A DNA stretch of 64,000 bases. Source: Escherichia coli. GTDB lineage: Bacteria > Pseudomonadota > Gammaproteobacteria > Enterobacterales > Enterobacteriaceae. Under the pieces are notes generated by a model, which saw only the letters and a list, made by a program, of their open reading frames with translations, was not told the origin of the DNA and searched no databases. The stretch is from the NCBI RefSeq assembly GCF_050320075.1, contig NZ_CP190018.1; one strand, given 5' to 3'. This document shows positions 15,300 to 26,480 of this stretch, one piece after another. Each line of letters starts with the position of its first letter. Position 1 is the stretch's first letter. Made by a program: the position numbers and the translations under genes.

Positions 15300-15355
15300 G
15301 CCTTTTCCCCTCACCCTAACCCTCTCCCCAGAGGAGCGAGGGGACCGATCGCGCT
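15300..15355. repeat. GC-rich imperfect palindromic intergenic repeat (cctcaccctaaccctctcccc...gaggggaccgatcg family)
   Basis: Same motif recurs at 33861-34015; family name not certain (boxC-like). Confidence 0.5.
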
Positions 15356-15376
15356 CAATGTTGCGATCGGTTTGCC

Positions 15377-17575
15377 TTATCTCCTGCGCAACAATCTTAA
15401 CGCATTCGCTGTCACCAGCACCGTCGCACCCGTATCTGCCAGCACCGCCAGCCACAGGCCGGTCATCCCTAACAGTGTGGTGACGAGGAAGATCCCTTTC
15501 AGCCCCAGCGCAATAGTGATGTTCTGGCGGATATTGGCGTGAGTGGCGCGTGCCAGTTCAATCATTTGCACCAGGCCGCGCAGGTGGTTATGGGTTAATG
15601 CTGCATCGGCGGTTTCCAGCGCCACGTCTGTGCCACTGCCCATTGCAATCCCGATGGCGGCAGCTTTCATCGCTGGCGCGTCGTTAATACCATCACCGAC
15701 CATCGCCAGCGGCGCATGTTGATTCAGCTCGGTCACCGCTTTGACTTTATCTTCCGGCAACAGGCCCGCTTTAAATTCCAGCCCCAGTTCCCCGGCAATT
15801 GCCGCCGCTGCGCGTGGATTATCGCCGGTGAGGATCACCCCTTTGACGCCCAGCGCGTTCAGTTCACTGATGGCAGTTGCAGCATCGGCGCGCAGAGTAT
15901 CCTGCAATGCAATGATACCCAGCACGTCATTGTTACGTACTACCAGCACTACCGTTTGCCCGGCGCTTTCCAGTTCGTTAATTAAACCAGCAAATGCAAC
16001 AGCCGGATGTTTTCCGGCAGCGCATATCAACACGCGCTCACCGTTAACCTGCGCTTCAATGCCAGACCCAACCAGCGCCCGCTGTGATTCGGCGGCGGGA
16101 ATGGCGAGTTCAGCAACCTGTGCTTCGCGTACGATGGCTTGCGCCAGTGGATGCGTCGCGCCTTGCTCGACCGCCGCTGCCAGTGTCAGCAGTTCAGATT
16201 CACTAATACCCGTTGCCGGATGAATCGCGGTAACGCGCGGTTTACCGACGGTCAGCGTACCGGTTTTATCAAACGCCACCTGGGTAACACGACCTAGTTG
16301 TTCCAGCGCCGCACCGCCTTTAATCAACGCCCCACGACGCGCTGCTGCTGCCAGCCCGGAGGTTATCGCCGCAGGCGTTGAGATAACTAACGCACACGGG
16401 CAACCAATCAGCAGCAGCGTCAGCCCTTTATAAATCCACTCTTGCCAGCTGGCGGCAAACAGCAGCGGCGGCACCAGCGTTACCAGCAGGGCGATGGCCA
16501 TAATCGCTGGCGTGTAAATACGGCTGAAACGGTCGATAAACCTCTCAATGGGGGCGCGACGCTCTTCGGCTTCTTCGATCAGTTTCAGAATCCGGTCAAT
16601 GGCGCTGGCACCCGGTTCTGACAGCACTTCCAGCGTTACCAGACGGTCTACGCTGGTGGCTCCTGCAGGAACTTTATCGCCCGTCGCGCGCTCCACCGGA
16701 ATGGATTCTCCGGTCAGGGCGCTTTCATCAAAACTGGCAAACGGTGAGAGCAGTTTACCGTCGGCAGGCAAACGCCCGCCCGCCGCAACTTCAATCACAT
16801 CGCCAGGGCGCAGGCTGTTAATCGCCACCTCTTCCCGCTCACCGTTACGCAGGCGCGTGGCGGTTTCTGGTTTCAGCGCCATCAACGCGCTAACGCCCTG
16901 ACGCGCGCGGCTGGCGGCCCAGCCTTCCAGTCGTTCACCAATCAAAAACAGCAGCAACACCATCGCAGCTTCAGCCGTTGCGCCAATAAACAGCGCACCA
17001 ATAGCAGCTACGCTCATTAACGTTTCAATGGCGAAGTAACTGCCGGATTTGATCAGCCGTAATGCCTGACGAGCAATCGGGTACAGCCCAACCAGCGTGG
17101 TCGCGATAAACGCCAGTTGCCCGAACGGATGATTAAACTGCTCCAGACCCCAGCTGATTGCCATCATCACGATTAGCGTAATCAGCGGCAAATTCTCTTT
17201 CAGGCGTGATGTTTGCGGTTCGTCGGCGGCCTGTTCATCGCGCAGGGAATAGCCCGCTTTTTGCACCGCAGATTCAACCTGGGCACGGATGTCATTGTCG
17301 GCATCGACCACCAGTTTTTCGGTGGCGAACAACACCTGCACCTGATTCACGCCTGCAAGCTGGCGCACGGCATTTTCTACCTTGCGCGCACAGGCGGCGC
17401 AGTCCATGCCGCTGACTTTCCAGCTATAGCGGGTGCCGGAGACGTTTTCAGAGAGCGTTGGCGTGCTGGAACATGCGCCGTCGCAGCAACAGTTGTTGGC
17501 GTTCTGTGCCGTGGTTAGCGGTTTGAACGCAGCAAAGTGAGGGGCTTTCTTGCCGTGATTGTCAGGAGTCGACAT
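15377..17575 (-). CDS. zntA: Zn/Cd/Pb-exporting P1B-type ATPase ZntA
   Basis: 732 aa; N-terminal GMDCAAC metal-binding motif, CPC transmembrane motif, DKTGTLT phosphorylation motif. Confidence 0.95.
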   Translation of the reverse strand: MSTPDNHGKKAPHFAAFKPLTTAQNANNCCCDGACSSTPTLSENVSGTRYSWKVSGMDCAACARKVENAVRQLAGVNQVQVLFATEKLVVDADNDIRAQVESAVQKAGYSLRDEQAADEPQTSRLKENLPLITLIVMMAISWGLEQFNHPFGQLAFIATTLVGLYPIARQALRLIKSGSYFAIETLMSVAAIGALFIGATAEAAMVLLLFLIGERLEGWAASRARQGVSALMALKPETATRLRNGEREEVAINSLRPGDVIEVAAGGRLPADGKLLSPFASFDESALTGESIPVERATGDKVPAGATSVDRLVTLEVLSEPGASAIDRILKLIEEAEERRAPIERFIDRFSRIYTPAIMAIALLVTLVPPLLFAASWQEWIYKGLTLLLIGCPCALVISTPAAITSGLAAAARRGALIKGGAALEQLGRVTQVAFDKTGTLTVGKPRVTAIHPATGISESELLTLAAAVEQGATHPLAQAIVREAQVAELAIPAAESQRALVGSGIEAQVNGERVLICAAGKHPAVAFAGLINELESAGQTVVLVVRNNDVLGIIALQDTLRADAATAISELNALGVKGVILTGDNPRAAAAIAGELGLEFKAGLLPEDKVKAVTELNQHAPLAMVGDGINDAPAMKAAAIGIAMGSGTDVALETADAALTHNHLRGLVQMIELARATHANIRQNITIALGLKGIFLVTTLLGMTGLWLAVLADTGATVLVTANALRLLRRR

Positions 17576-17610
17576 GGCATCCTCCGGTTAAGTTTTTTCT
17601 CATTAACCGA

Positions 17611-17642
17611 AGGATACACTCTGGAGTCGACTCCAGAGTCAA
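17611..17642 (-). promoter_or_regulatory. PzntA promoter with ZntR (MerR-family) operator
   Basis: Perfect 22-bp palindrome actctggagtcgactccagagt (17618-17639) lying in a 20-bp spacer between -35 TTGACT and -10 TATCCT on the minus strand. Confidence 0.8.
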
Positions 17643-17648
17643 GTTTTA

Positions 17649-18275
17649 TCAGAGATACAGCGAGCGGACGATCAGGAAGTGACCGGCAAAGTAGCAGGCC
17701 GCAGCAATCGCGTTATCCGCACGGAAGCGTCGGCGATAGTGGCTCCCCAGCCAGACAAAGTTACTGATAAATAGCAACGAAGCGCCAACAAACGCAGAGA
17801 GCGCCGGAGCGGTCGGACGGAAGAACCACAGTTCACCTGCCAGCCACACCATCACCAGCGTCATGCCGATAAACGTGCAGATAGGCCAACGGTACTCTTC
17901 CAGCCGCGTCCAGATAATCGCCAGTAACAGCGCCCCCAGAACCAGCAACACCAGTGGCAGAGGCCAGAAGAAAGAGAGCGTCATCTGACTGGCGAAATAG
18001 ATGGTGTACAGCAGGTGCGAGAGGAAAAACGCGCCGATGGCGTACATCAGACGTTGACGTGGCAACAGGGTTAGCGCATCGCCCAGCAGTGAGGCGCACA
18101 GCCCCGCCAGCACCAGATAGCTAATGGCGTCGAACATCGGCGCTTGCCAGGCCAGTAACAGCAGGAGAAGAAGGGTTAACGGTTTAAACACCCAGCGTTG
18201 CCAGGTTGGCCCACGATACGATGCATCCACAGATAGCCATGCGGAAAGACAGACAGCGATAAACGACCAAAGCAT
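17649..18275 (-). CDS. yhhN: YhhN-family membrane protein
   Basis: 208-aa polytopic membrane protein; conserved position. Confidence 0.8.
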
Positions 18276-18415
18276 CTTAGTTCCTTGAATTCGTTATTTT
18301 TTCGTAAGCGGAATGCCTACGGTCTTGCTTCCAGTTTAGTGGCGAGGGTGGACGGATGACAACACCATAACTGGCAGGGTATGCTTAATTCCGCATTTTC
18401 CGATGAGGGATAAAG

Positions 18416-18775
18416 ATGAGCAAACCACCTCTTTTCTTTATTGTTATCATTGGCTTAATCATCGTCGCCGCATCGTTTCGTTTTATGCAACAACGACGGG
18501 AAAAAGCTGATAATGATATGGCACCGCTCCAGCAAAAGTTGGTGGTGGTGAGCAACAAGCGGGAAAAACCGATTAACGATCGCCGTTCGCGCCAGCAGGA
18601 AGTGACTCCGGCAGGCACCAGTATGCGCTATGAGGCAAGCTTCAAACCGCAAAGCGGAGGAATGGAGCAGACGTTTCGCCTCGACGCCCAGCAGTACCAC
18701 GCCCTGACAGTGGGCGATAAAGGTACGCTGAGCTATAAAGGAACGCGCTTTGTCAGCTTTGTTGGCGAACAATAA
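18416..18775 (+). CDS. yhhM: DUF2500 membrane-anchored protein YhhM
   Basis: 119 aa, N-terminal TM segment; conserved position. Confidence 0.75.
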   Translation: MSKPPLFFIVIIGLIIVAASFRFMQQRREKADNDMAPLQQKLVVVSNKREKPINDRRSRQQEVTPAGTSMRYEASFKPQSGGMEQTFRLDAQQYHALTVGDKGTLSYKGTRFVSFVGEQ

Positions 18776-18777
18776 GG

Positions 18778-19047
18778 TTATTTTTTAACTTTAAATTTCT
18801 TCTGCCAGACCAGCAGTTCAAACACGCCGAAAAGGAAAATCCGTACCTTTTCGGCGGTGGTCATCTGCGGGCCATCTTTCGGCAAGGTCGATTTCAATAG
18901 CGCCAGCTGCATACCATGCATCAGCACGGTAAAAATCAGCGCCACGTTAACAAAAATATTCAGCGGGCGTGGGAAGGGATGCACCAGGTTGAGGATTAAA
19001 AATCCCCAAACGCAGAGCATTAACAAACGACCAATATTAATCAGCAT
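18778..19047 (-). CDS. yhhL: Small membrane protein YhhL
   Basis: Start set at MLINIGRLLMLCVWGF (89 aa) inside the longer ORF; overlaps rsmD end. Confidence 0.7.
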   Translation of the reverse strand: MLINIGRLLMLCVWGFLILNLVHPFPRPLNIFVNVALIFTVLMHGMQLALLKSTLPKDGPQMTTAEKVRIFLFGVFELLVWQKKFKVKK

Positions 19048-19633
19048 CACTTTCTCCTTGTGCTTCGCGTTGATACAGCCGATAAGCCACCTGACCCGCC
19101 ACTTTTTCCCGATGTAATGACCAGTTTGCCGGAACAGTGGGCAGACCGTTTTCGACTTCGCTTTCGACATAAATCAGGGCTTCGTCAGCCAGCCAGCCGT
19201 TATCTTCCAGTAAATTTATCGTCTCTTCTAACAAGCCACGGCGGAACGGCGGATCGACAAACACGATATTATGCGGTGTGCCTTTTTGCGCCAGGAATGA
19301 CATCGCGTTGCTGTTCACCACGCGTGCATTGCCTGCTTTTAGTGTCGCCAGATTCTTAATTAACTGCTGAGAAACCGCGCGATCCATCTCAATCAACGTG
19401 GCCCCCGCAGCGTAGCGCGATAACGCTTCCAGCCCCAGCGCGCCGCTCCCGGCGAAGCAATCCAGACATTGGGCGTCAACAATGACCGGAGCCAGCCAGT
19501 TAAACAACGTTTCGCGTACGCGGTCGGTGGTGGGGCGCAGACCTGGGCTATCAGGAACCGGGAGTTTACGGCCTCGCCACTGCCCGCCAATAATGCGGAT
19601 TTGGCCGCTGCCGGAATGATTCGGTTTTTTCAT
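19037..19633 (-). CDS. rsmD: 16S rRNA m2G966 methyltransferase RsmD
   Basis: 198 aa; methyltransferase motifs (LDCFAGSGALGLEALSR, VFVDPPF). Confidence 0.9.
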   Translation of the reverse strand: MKKPNHSGSGQIRIIGGQWRGRKLPVPDSPGLRPTTDRVRETLFNWLAPVIVDAQCLDCFAGSGALGLEALSRYAAGATLIEMDRAVSQQLIKNLATLKAGNARVVNSNAMSFLAQKGTPHNIVFVDPPFRRGLLEETINLLEDNGWLADEALIYVESEVENGLPTVPANWSLHREKVAGQVAYRLYQREAQGESDAD

Positions 19634-19782
19634 GATAAATTGCTCAATCCGCCAGATAACACATACTTGCAGGCGGTGATGTGAATTAAGTTAAGTGATA
19701 GACTATTTCATCATTTTTTTAGCTGCTATGTACATAGCGTTAACGCTGTGCCATGAAGCAACAGCGAGGAGTGTAGTCGCAA

Positions 19783-21279
19783 ATGGCGAAAGAAAAAAAA
19801 CGTGGCTTTTTTTCCTGGCTGGGCTTTGGTCAAAAAGAGCAGACCCCGGAAAAAGAGACAGAAGTTCAGAATGAACAACCGGTTGTAGAAGAAATCGTTC
19901 AGGCGCAAGAGCCTGCGAAGGCTTCGGAACAAGCCGTTGAAGAGCAGCCGCAGGCGCATACTGAGGCCGAAGCGGAAACTTTTGCTGCCGAAGTTGTGGA
20001 AGTCACTGAACAGGTTGCTGAAAGTGAAAAAGCGCAGCCTGAAGCGGAAGTCGTTGCACAGCCGGAACTGGTCGCAGAAGAAACGCCGGAGCCAGTGGCT
20101 ATCGAACGTGAAGAGCTGCCGTTGCCGGAAGACGTCAACGCCGAAGAGGTTTCGCCAGAAGAGTGGCGGGCTGAAGCGGAAACCGTAGAGATTGTCGAAG
20201 CGGCGGAAGAAGAAGCGGCTAAAGAAGAAATCACCGACGAAGAGCTGGAAGCACAGGCGCTGGCTGCCGAAGCGGCAGAAGAGGCAGTGATGGTGGTTCC
20301 TCCGGCAGAAGAAGAGCAGCCGGTAGAAGAAATCGCTCAGGAGCAGGAAAAACCGACCAAAGAAGGTTTCTTCGCGCGCCTGAAACGCAGCCTGTTAAAA
20401 ACTAAAGAAAATCTCGGTTCCGGATTTATCAGCCTGTTCCGCGGTAAAAAAATCGACGATGATCTGTTTGAAGAGCTGGAAGAACAGCTGTTGATCGCCG
20501 ATGTGGGCGTGGAAACCACACGTAAAATAATCACCAATCTGACGGAAGGCGCATCCCGCAAGCAGCTTCGTGATGCCGAGGCGCTCTATGGCCTGCTGAA
20601 AGAAGAGATGGGCGAGATTCTGGCGAAAGTCGATGAGCCGCTGAATGTTGAAGGTAAAACGCCGTTCGTGATCCTGATGGTAGGCGTCAACGGTGTGGGT
20701 AAAACCACGACGATTGGTAAGCTGGCGCGTCAGTTTGAGCAGCAGGGTAAATCGGTGATGCTGGCGGCGGGCGATACTTTCCGTGCGGCAGCGGTTGAAC
20801 AGCTTCAGGTCTGGGGTCAGCGCAACAATATTCCGGTGATTGCCCAGCATACCGGTGCGGATTCCGCCTCTGTTATCTTCGACGCCATTCAGGCCGCTAA
20901 AGCGCGTAATATCGACGTCCTGATTGCCGATACCGCCGGACGCCTGCAGAACAAATCGCACCTGATGGAAGAGTTGAAGAAAATCGTCCGCGTGATGAAG
21001 AAACTCGACGTTGAAGCGCCGCATGAAGTTATGCTGACTATCGATGCCAGCACCGGGCAGAACGCGGTAAGCCAGGCCAAACTGTTCCATGAAGCCGTTG
21101 GCTTAACCGGCATCACGCTAACGAAACTGGACGGCACGGCGAAAGGCGGGGTAATTTTCTCGGTGGCTGACCAGTTTGGTATTCCTATCCGCTACATTGG
21201 TGTCGGCGAACGTATTGAGGATTTGCGTCCGTTTAAGGCGGACGACTTTATAGAGGCACTTTTTGCCCGAGAGGATTAA
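19783..21279 (+). CDS. ftsY: Signal recognition particle receptor FtsY
   Basis: 498 aa; acidic E/A-rich N-terminal domain, NG domain with GVNGVGKTTT, DTAGR motifs. Confidence 0.95.
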   Translation: MAKEKKRGFFSWLGFGQKEQTPEKETEVQNEQPVVEEIVQAQEPAKASEQAVEEQPQAHTEAEAETFAAEVVEVTEQVAESEKAQPEAEVVAQPELVAEETPEPVAIEREELPLPEDVNAEEVSPEEWRAEAETVEIVEAAEEEAAKEEITDEELEAQALAAEAAEEAVMVVPPAEEEQPVEEIAQEQEKPTKEGFFARLKRSLLKTKENLGSGFISLFRGKKIDDDLFEELEEQLLIADVGVETTRKIITNLTEGASRKQLRDAEALYGLLKEEMGEILAKVDEPLNVEGKTPFVILMVGVNGVGKTTTIGKLARQFEQQGKSVMLAAGDTFRAAAVEQLQVWGQRNNIPVIAQHTGADSASVIFDAIQAAKARNIDVLIADTAGRLQNKSHLMEELKKIVRVMKKLDVEAPHEVMLTIDASTGQNAVSQAKLFHEAVGLTGITLTKLDGTAKGGVIFSVADQFGIPIRYIGVGERIEDLRPFKADDFIEALFARED

Positions 21280-21281
21280 CA

Positions 21282-21950
21282 ATGATTCGCTTTGAACATG
21301 TCAGCAAGGCTTATCTCGGTGGGAGACAGGCGCTGCAGGGCGTTACGTTCCATATGCAGCCGGGTGAGATGGCGTTTCTGACCGGTCATTCCGGCGCAGG
21401 GAAAAGTACCCTCCTGAAGCTGATCTGTGGGATTGAGCGGCCCAGCGCCGGGAAAATCTGGTTTAGCGGCCATGACATCACGCGTCTGAAAAACCGTGAA
21501 GTTCCGTTTCTGCGCCGCCAGATTGGCATGATTTTCCAGGATCACCATCTACTGATGGACCGTACTGTCTACGATAACGTGGCGATCCCGCTGATTATCG
21601 CTGGTGCCAGCGGTGACGATATTCGTCGCCGGGTGTCGGCGGCACTGGATAAAGTCGGGCTACTGGACAAAGCGAAGAACTTCCCTATTCAGCTTTCGGG
21701 CGGTGAACAACAGCGTGTTGGCATTGCCCGCGCGGTGGTGAATAAGCCCGCGGTACTGCTGGCGGACGAACCGACTGGTAACCTGGACGACGCGTTGTCG
21801 GAAGGCATTTTACGTCTGTTTGAAGAGTTTAACCGCGTTGGGGTAACCGTATTGATGGCAACGCACGACATCAACCTGATTTCGCGGCGTTCCTATCGCA
21901 TGCTCACCCTGAGCGATGGTCACTTGCATGGAGGCGTGGGCCATGAATAA
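21282..21950 (+). CDS. ftsE: Cell-division ABC ATPase FtsE
   Basis: 222 aa; Walker [10 protein letters not shown], signature LSGGEQQR. Confidence 0.95.
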
Positions 21951-23001
21951 GCGCGATGCAATCAATCATATTCGGCAGTTTGGCGGGCGTCTGGATCGCT
22001 TCCGTAAATCGGTCGGCGGCTCAGGCGACGGCGGTCGTAACGCGCCAAAACGCGCGAAATCCTCGCCAAAACCGGTAAATCGCAAAACCAACGTTTTCAA
22101 CGAACAGGTGCGCTATGCCTTCCACGGCGCATTGCAGGATCTGAAAAGCAAACCGTTCGCCACGTTTTTAACGGTGATGGTTATCGCCATCTCCCTGACG
22201 CTGCCCAGCGTCTGTTATATGGTGTACAAAAACGTTAACCAGGCGGCGACGCAATATTATCCGTCACCGCAAATCACTGTTTATCTGCAAAAAACGCTGG
22301 ACGATGACGCCGCTGCGGGTGTGGTGGCACAGTTGCAGGCCGAGCAAGGCGTGGAGAAAGTGAACTATCTTTCTCGTGAAGACGCGCTGGGCGAGTTCCG
22401 TAACTGGTCTGGTTTTGGTGGTGCGCTGGATATGCTGGAAGAAAACCCGCTTCCGGCAGTGGCGGTGGTGATCCCGAAACTCGATTTTCAGGGGACAGAA
22501 TCACTGAATACGCTGCGTGATCGTATCACCCAGATCAACGGCATTGACGAAGTGCGGATGGATGACAGCTGGTTTGCCCGTCTGGCGGCGTTAACCGGGC
22601 TGGTCGGGCGCGTTTCCGCGATGATCGGCGTGTTGATGGTGGCAGCAGTGTTTCTCGTCATCGGCAACAGTGTGCGTCTGAGCATCTTTGCTCGCCGTGA
22701 CTCCATTAACGTGCAGAAACTGATTGGTGCGACGGATGGTTTCATCCTGCGCCCGTTCCTGTACGGTGGCGCACTGCTGGGATTTTCTGGCGCATTGCTG
22801 TCATTAATTTTGTCAGAAATTCTGGTACTGCGTTTGTCATCGGCGGTTGCGGAAGTGGCACAGGTTTTCGGAACAAAGTTTGATATCAATGGCTTATCGT
22901 TCGATGAATGCCTGCTGTTGCTGCTGGTATGCTCGATGATTGGCTGGGTGGCAGCGTGGCTTGCCACGGTACAACATTTACGCCACTTTACGCCTGAATA
23001 A
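21943..23001 (+). CDS. ftsX: Cell-division ABC permease-like protein FtsX
   Basis: Start set at [12 protein letters not shown] (352 aa); 8-nt overlap with ftsE. Confidence 0.9.
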
Positions 23002-23124
23002 TAAAAGCGTGTTATACTCTTTCCCTGCAATGGGTTCCGTAGCAGGGAAAGAGACCCCGTTGTCTCTTCCCGGTATTTCATCTCTATGTCACATTTTGTG
23101 CGTAATTTATTCACAGCGTTGCAT

Positions 23125-23153
23125 TGAACTTGTGGATAAAATCACTGTCTGAT
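23125..23153 (+). promoter_or_regulatory. rpoH P3, sigma-E-dependent promoter
   Basis: GAACTT -N16- TCTGA in tgaacttgtggataaaatcactgtctgataaaacag, matching the established sigma-E promoter of rpoH. Confidence 0.75.
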
Positions 23154-23245
23154 AAAACAGTGAATGATAACCTCGTTGCTCTTAAGCTCTGGCACAGTTG
23201 TTGCTACCACTGAAGCGCCAGAAGATATCGATTGAGAGGATTTGA

Positions 23246-24100
23246 ATGACTGACAAAATGCAAAGTTTAGCTTTAGCCCCAGTTGGCAACCTGGATTCCT
23301 ACATCCGGGCAGCTAACGCGTGGCCGATGTTGTCGGCTGACGAGGAGCGGGCGCTGGCTGAAAAGCTGCATTACCATGGCGATCTGGAAGCAGCTAAAAC
23401 GCTGATCCTGTCTCACCTGCGGTTTGTTGTTCATATTGCTCGTAATTATGCGGGCTATGGCCTGCCACAGGCGGATTTGATTCAGGAAGGTAACATCGGC
23501 CTGATGAAAGCAGTGCGCCGTTTTAACCCGGAAGTGGGTGTGCGCCTGGTCTCCTTCGCCGTCCACTGGATCAAAGCAGAGATCCACGAATACGTTCTGC
23601 GTAACTGGCGTATCGTCAAAGTTGCGACCACCAAAGCGCAGCGCAAACTGTTCTTCAACCTGCGTAAAACCAAGCAGCGTCTGGGCTGGTTTAACCAGGA
23701 TGAAGTTGAAATGGTGGCCCGTGAACTGGGCGTAACCAGCAAAGACGTACGTGAGATGGAGTCGCGTATGGCGGCACAGGACATGACCTTTGACCTGTCT
23801 TCCGACGACGATTCGGATAGCCAGCCGATGGCTCCGGTGCTCTATCTGCAGGATAAATCATCTAACTTTGCTGACGGCATCGAAGATGATAACTGGGAAG
23901 AGCAGGCGGCAAACCGTCTGACCGACGCGATGCAAGGTCTGGACGAGCGTAGCCAGGATATCATCCGCGCGCGCTGGCTGGACGAAGACAACAAGTCCAC
24001 GTTGCAGGAGCTGGCTGACCGTTACGGTGTTTCCGCTGAGCGTGTGCGCCAGCTGGAAAAGAACGCGATGAAAAAACTTCGCGCTGCCATTGAAGCGTAA
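23246..24100 (+). CDS. rpoH: Heat-shock sigma factor RpoH (sigma-32)
   Basis: 284 aa; sigma-70 family regions 2 and 4. Confidence 0.95.
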   Translation: MTDKMQSLALAPVGNLDSYIRAANAWPMLSADEERALAEKLHYHGDLEAAKTLILSHLRFVVHIARNYAGYGLPQADLIQEGNIGLMKAVRRFNPEVGVRLVSFAVHWIKAEIHEYVLRNWRIVKVATTKAQRKLFFNLRKTKQRLGWFNQDEVEMVARELGVTSKDVREMESRMAAQDMTFDLSSDDDSDSQPMAPVLYLQDKSSNFADGIEDDNWEEQAANRLTDAMQGLDERSQDIIRARWLDEDNKSTLQELADRYGVSAERVRQLEKNAMKKLRAAIEA

Positions 24101-24121
24101 TTTCCGCTACTAAGCAGAGAA

Positions 24122-24154
24122 CCCTGGATGAGAATCCGGGGTTTTTGTTTTTTG
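24122..24154 (+). terminator. rpoH rho-independent terminator
   Basis: Hairpin ccctgga/tccgggg followed by tttttgttttttgg. Confidence 0.7.
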
Positions 24155-24370
24155 GGCCTCTGCAATAATCAGTTTCCCCTCCGGCAAAACGCCAATCCCC
24201 ACGCAGATTGTTAATAAACTGTCAAAATAGCTATTCCAATATCATAAAAATGGGGTATGTTTTAGCAGAGTATGCTGCTAAAGCACGGGTAGTCATGCAT
24301 AAAACGAAATAAAGTGCTGAATCACAACACCACAACACACGTAATAACCAGAAGAATGGGGAACCTCAGG

Positions 24371-25474
24371 ATGAACATGAAGGGTAAAGCGTTACTGGCA
24401 GGATGTATCGCGCTGGCATTCAGCAATATGGCTCTGGCAGAAGATATTAAAGTCGCGGTCGTGGGCGCAATGTCCGGTCCGGTGGCCCAGTACGGTGACC
24501 AGGAGTTTACTGGTGCTGAGCAGGCGGTTGCGGATATCAATGCTAAAGGTGGTATCAAAGGCAACAAACTGCAAATCGTGAAATATGACGATGCCTGTGA
24601 CCCGAAACAGGCGGTTGCGGTGGCGAACAAAGTCGTTAACGACGGCATTAAATATGTGATTGGTCACCTCTGTTCTTCATCAACGCAGCCAGCGTCAGAC
24701 ATCTATGAAGATGAAGGCATTTTAATGATCACCCCAGCGGCAACCGCGCCAGAGCTGACCGCTCGTGGCTATCAGCTGATCCTGCGCACTACCGGCCTGG
24801 ACTCCGACCAGGGGCCGACGGCGGCGAAATATATTCTTGAGAAAGTGAAACCGCAGCGTATTGCTATCGTCCACGACAAACAGCAGTACGGTGAAGGTCT
24901 GGCGCGTGCGGTGCAGGACGGCCTGAAGAAAGGCAATGCTAACGTGGTGTTCTTTGATGGTATCACCGCCGGGGAAAAAGATTTCTCTACGCTGGTGGCG
25001 CGTCTGAAAAAAGAGAATATCGACTTCGTTTACTACGGCGGTTATCACCCGGAAATGGGGCAAATCCTGCGTCAGGCACGCGCGGCGGGGCTGAAAACTC
25101 AGTTTATGGGGCCGGAAGGCGTGGCTAACGTCTCGCTGTCTAACATTGCGGGCGAATCAGCGGAAGGGCTGCTGGTGACCAAGCCGAAGAACTACGATCA
25201 GGTTCCGGCGAACAAACCCATTGTTGACGCGATCAAAGCGAAGAAACAGGACCCAAGCGGCGCGTTCGTCTGGACCACCTACGCCGCGCTGCAATCTTTG
25301 CAGGCGGGTCTGAATCAGTCTGACGATCCGGCTGAAATCGCCAAATACCTGAAAGCGAACTCCGTGGATACGGTGATGGGGCCGCTGACCTGGGATGAGA
25401 AAGGCGATCTGAAAGGCTTTGAGTTCGGCGTATTTGACTGGCACGCCAACGGCACGGCGACCGATGCGAAGTAA
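24371..25474 (+). CDS. livJ: Leu/Ile/Val periplasmic binding protein LivJ
   Basis: Start at [23 protein letters not shown] signal peptide; about 78% identical to the downstream LivK paralog. Confidence 0.9.
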   Translation: MNMKGKALLAGCIALAFSNMALAEDIKVAVVGAMSGPVAQYGDQEFTGAEQAVADINAKGGIKGNKLQIVKYDDACDPKQAVAVANKVVNDGIKYVIGHLCSSSTQPASDIYEDEGILMITPAATAPELTARGYQLILRTTGLDSDQGPTAAKYILEKVKPQRIAIVHDKQQYGEGLARAVQDGLKKGNANVVFFDGITAGEKDFSTLVARLKKENIDFVYYGGYHPEMGQILRQARAAGLKTQFMGPEGVANVSLSNIAGESAEGLLVTKPKNYDQVPANKPIVDAIKAKKQDPSGAFVWTTYAALQSLQAGLNQSDDPAEIAKYLKANSVDTVMGPLTWDEKGDLKGFEFGVFDWHANGTATDAK

Positions 25475-25530
25475 TCATTAATCGGCAACTTTGGGTTGCC
25501 GCCAAATTGCTAATATCGAGTACGTTGCTT

Positions 25531-25635
<105 letters not shown>

Positions 25636-25673
25636 TTCTCGTTGGTCATCACTTTTGAAATCAAACTTTACGA

Positions 25674-26057
25674 TTAACGCTTCTCCCAGCCGCCCTGTTG
25701 TGCCGTAAATCCCAGTGCCTGCATAAACGCTGTCATCACGCCGCGATCTTCCACGCCTGCATCCGCCATCCACCAGCATGAAACGCCAGGATTGTTACGC
25801 AAAACCTCTTCCAGCAGATATTGCCCCACACCGCGACGGCGGGTGACTTCCCTAACACGCAGGGAATCCAGTGCCCCCTCGGTGCCGCTTAAGGTTACCC
25901 GCACGGCCGCGAGAAGGCGCTCGTTAAAACGCGCGGCGTAGATACGGTGGTTATCGTCAACCTGTAAAGAGGAAGGGGAATACTCCGGCCAGATCTTTTG
26001 CAGGTCAATCCGGTCCTGGTCGCTAAAGTTTTCTAATCGAATGATGGTCAGCTTCAT
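25674..26057 (-). CDS. panM: PanD maturation factor PanM (GNAT fold)
   Basis: 127 aa; between livJ and livK as in K-12. Confidence 0.8.
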   Translation of the reverse strand: MKLTIIRLENFSDQDRIDLQKIWPEYSPSSLQVDDNHRIYAARFNERLLAAVRVTLSGTEGALDSLRVREVTRRRGVGQYLLEEVLRNNPGVSCWWMADAGVEDRGVMTAFMQALGFTAQQGGWEKR

Positions 26058-26480
26058 GGGGAACCCGTGTAAATCACAAAAGTGGAACCAGTGTAGCGAA
26101 ATAATTTAATCGGAGGCTTTCTCTTTTTTATTTCTTTTGGCAGGTGATTAATTTTTTAACAGCAATAATTACAAAGTTAAAACATTATAGAATGAAAAAT
26201 ACCCAGCATAATCCCCTGAATGATAGTGAATTATTCCGCCCTTTGTGCCGTTATTTTATGCTGACAACGGCACTTTTTTCTGTTTATCTATCATTAAATT
26301 CAGAATATTATCTGTTCTTAATCGACTGAAAAATAGGGATTTTAATCGCTATTATCACAAAATACTGCGCTAAATCCTTAATCAGACAGGCAAAAACAGT
26401 GCAGTATAAAAAAAGAACAGTCTGATTTGTTAACACATAAAAACAAAGCAACACAACATCACGAATGGGGATTTTTGACT

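Noticed and set aside
20395-21090. 231-aa minus-strand ORF inside ftsY
   Set aside because: It is antisense to the conserved NG domain of FtsY.
26144-26329. 61-aa ORF in the AT-rich livJ/panM-livK intergenic region
   Set aside because: It lies in the AT-rich livK promoter/regulatory region, has no RBS and reads as low-complexity sequence; more likely regulatory DNA than a gene.
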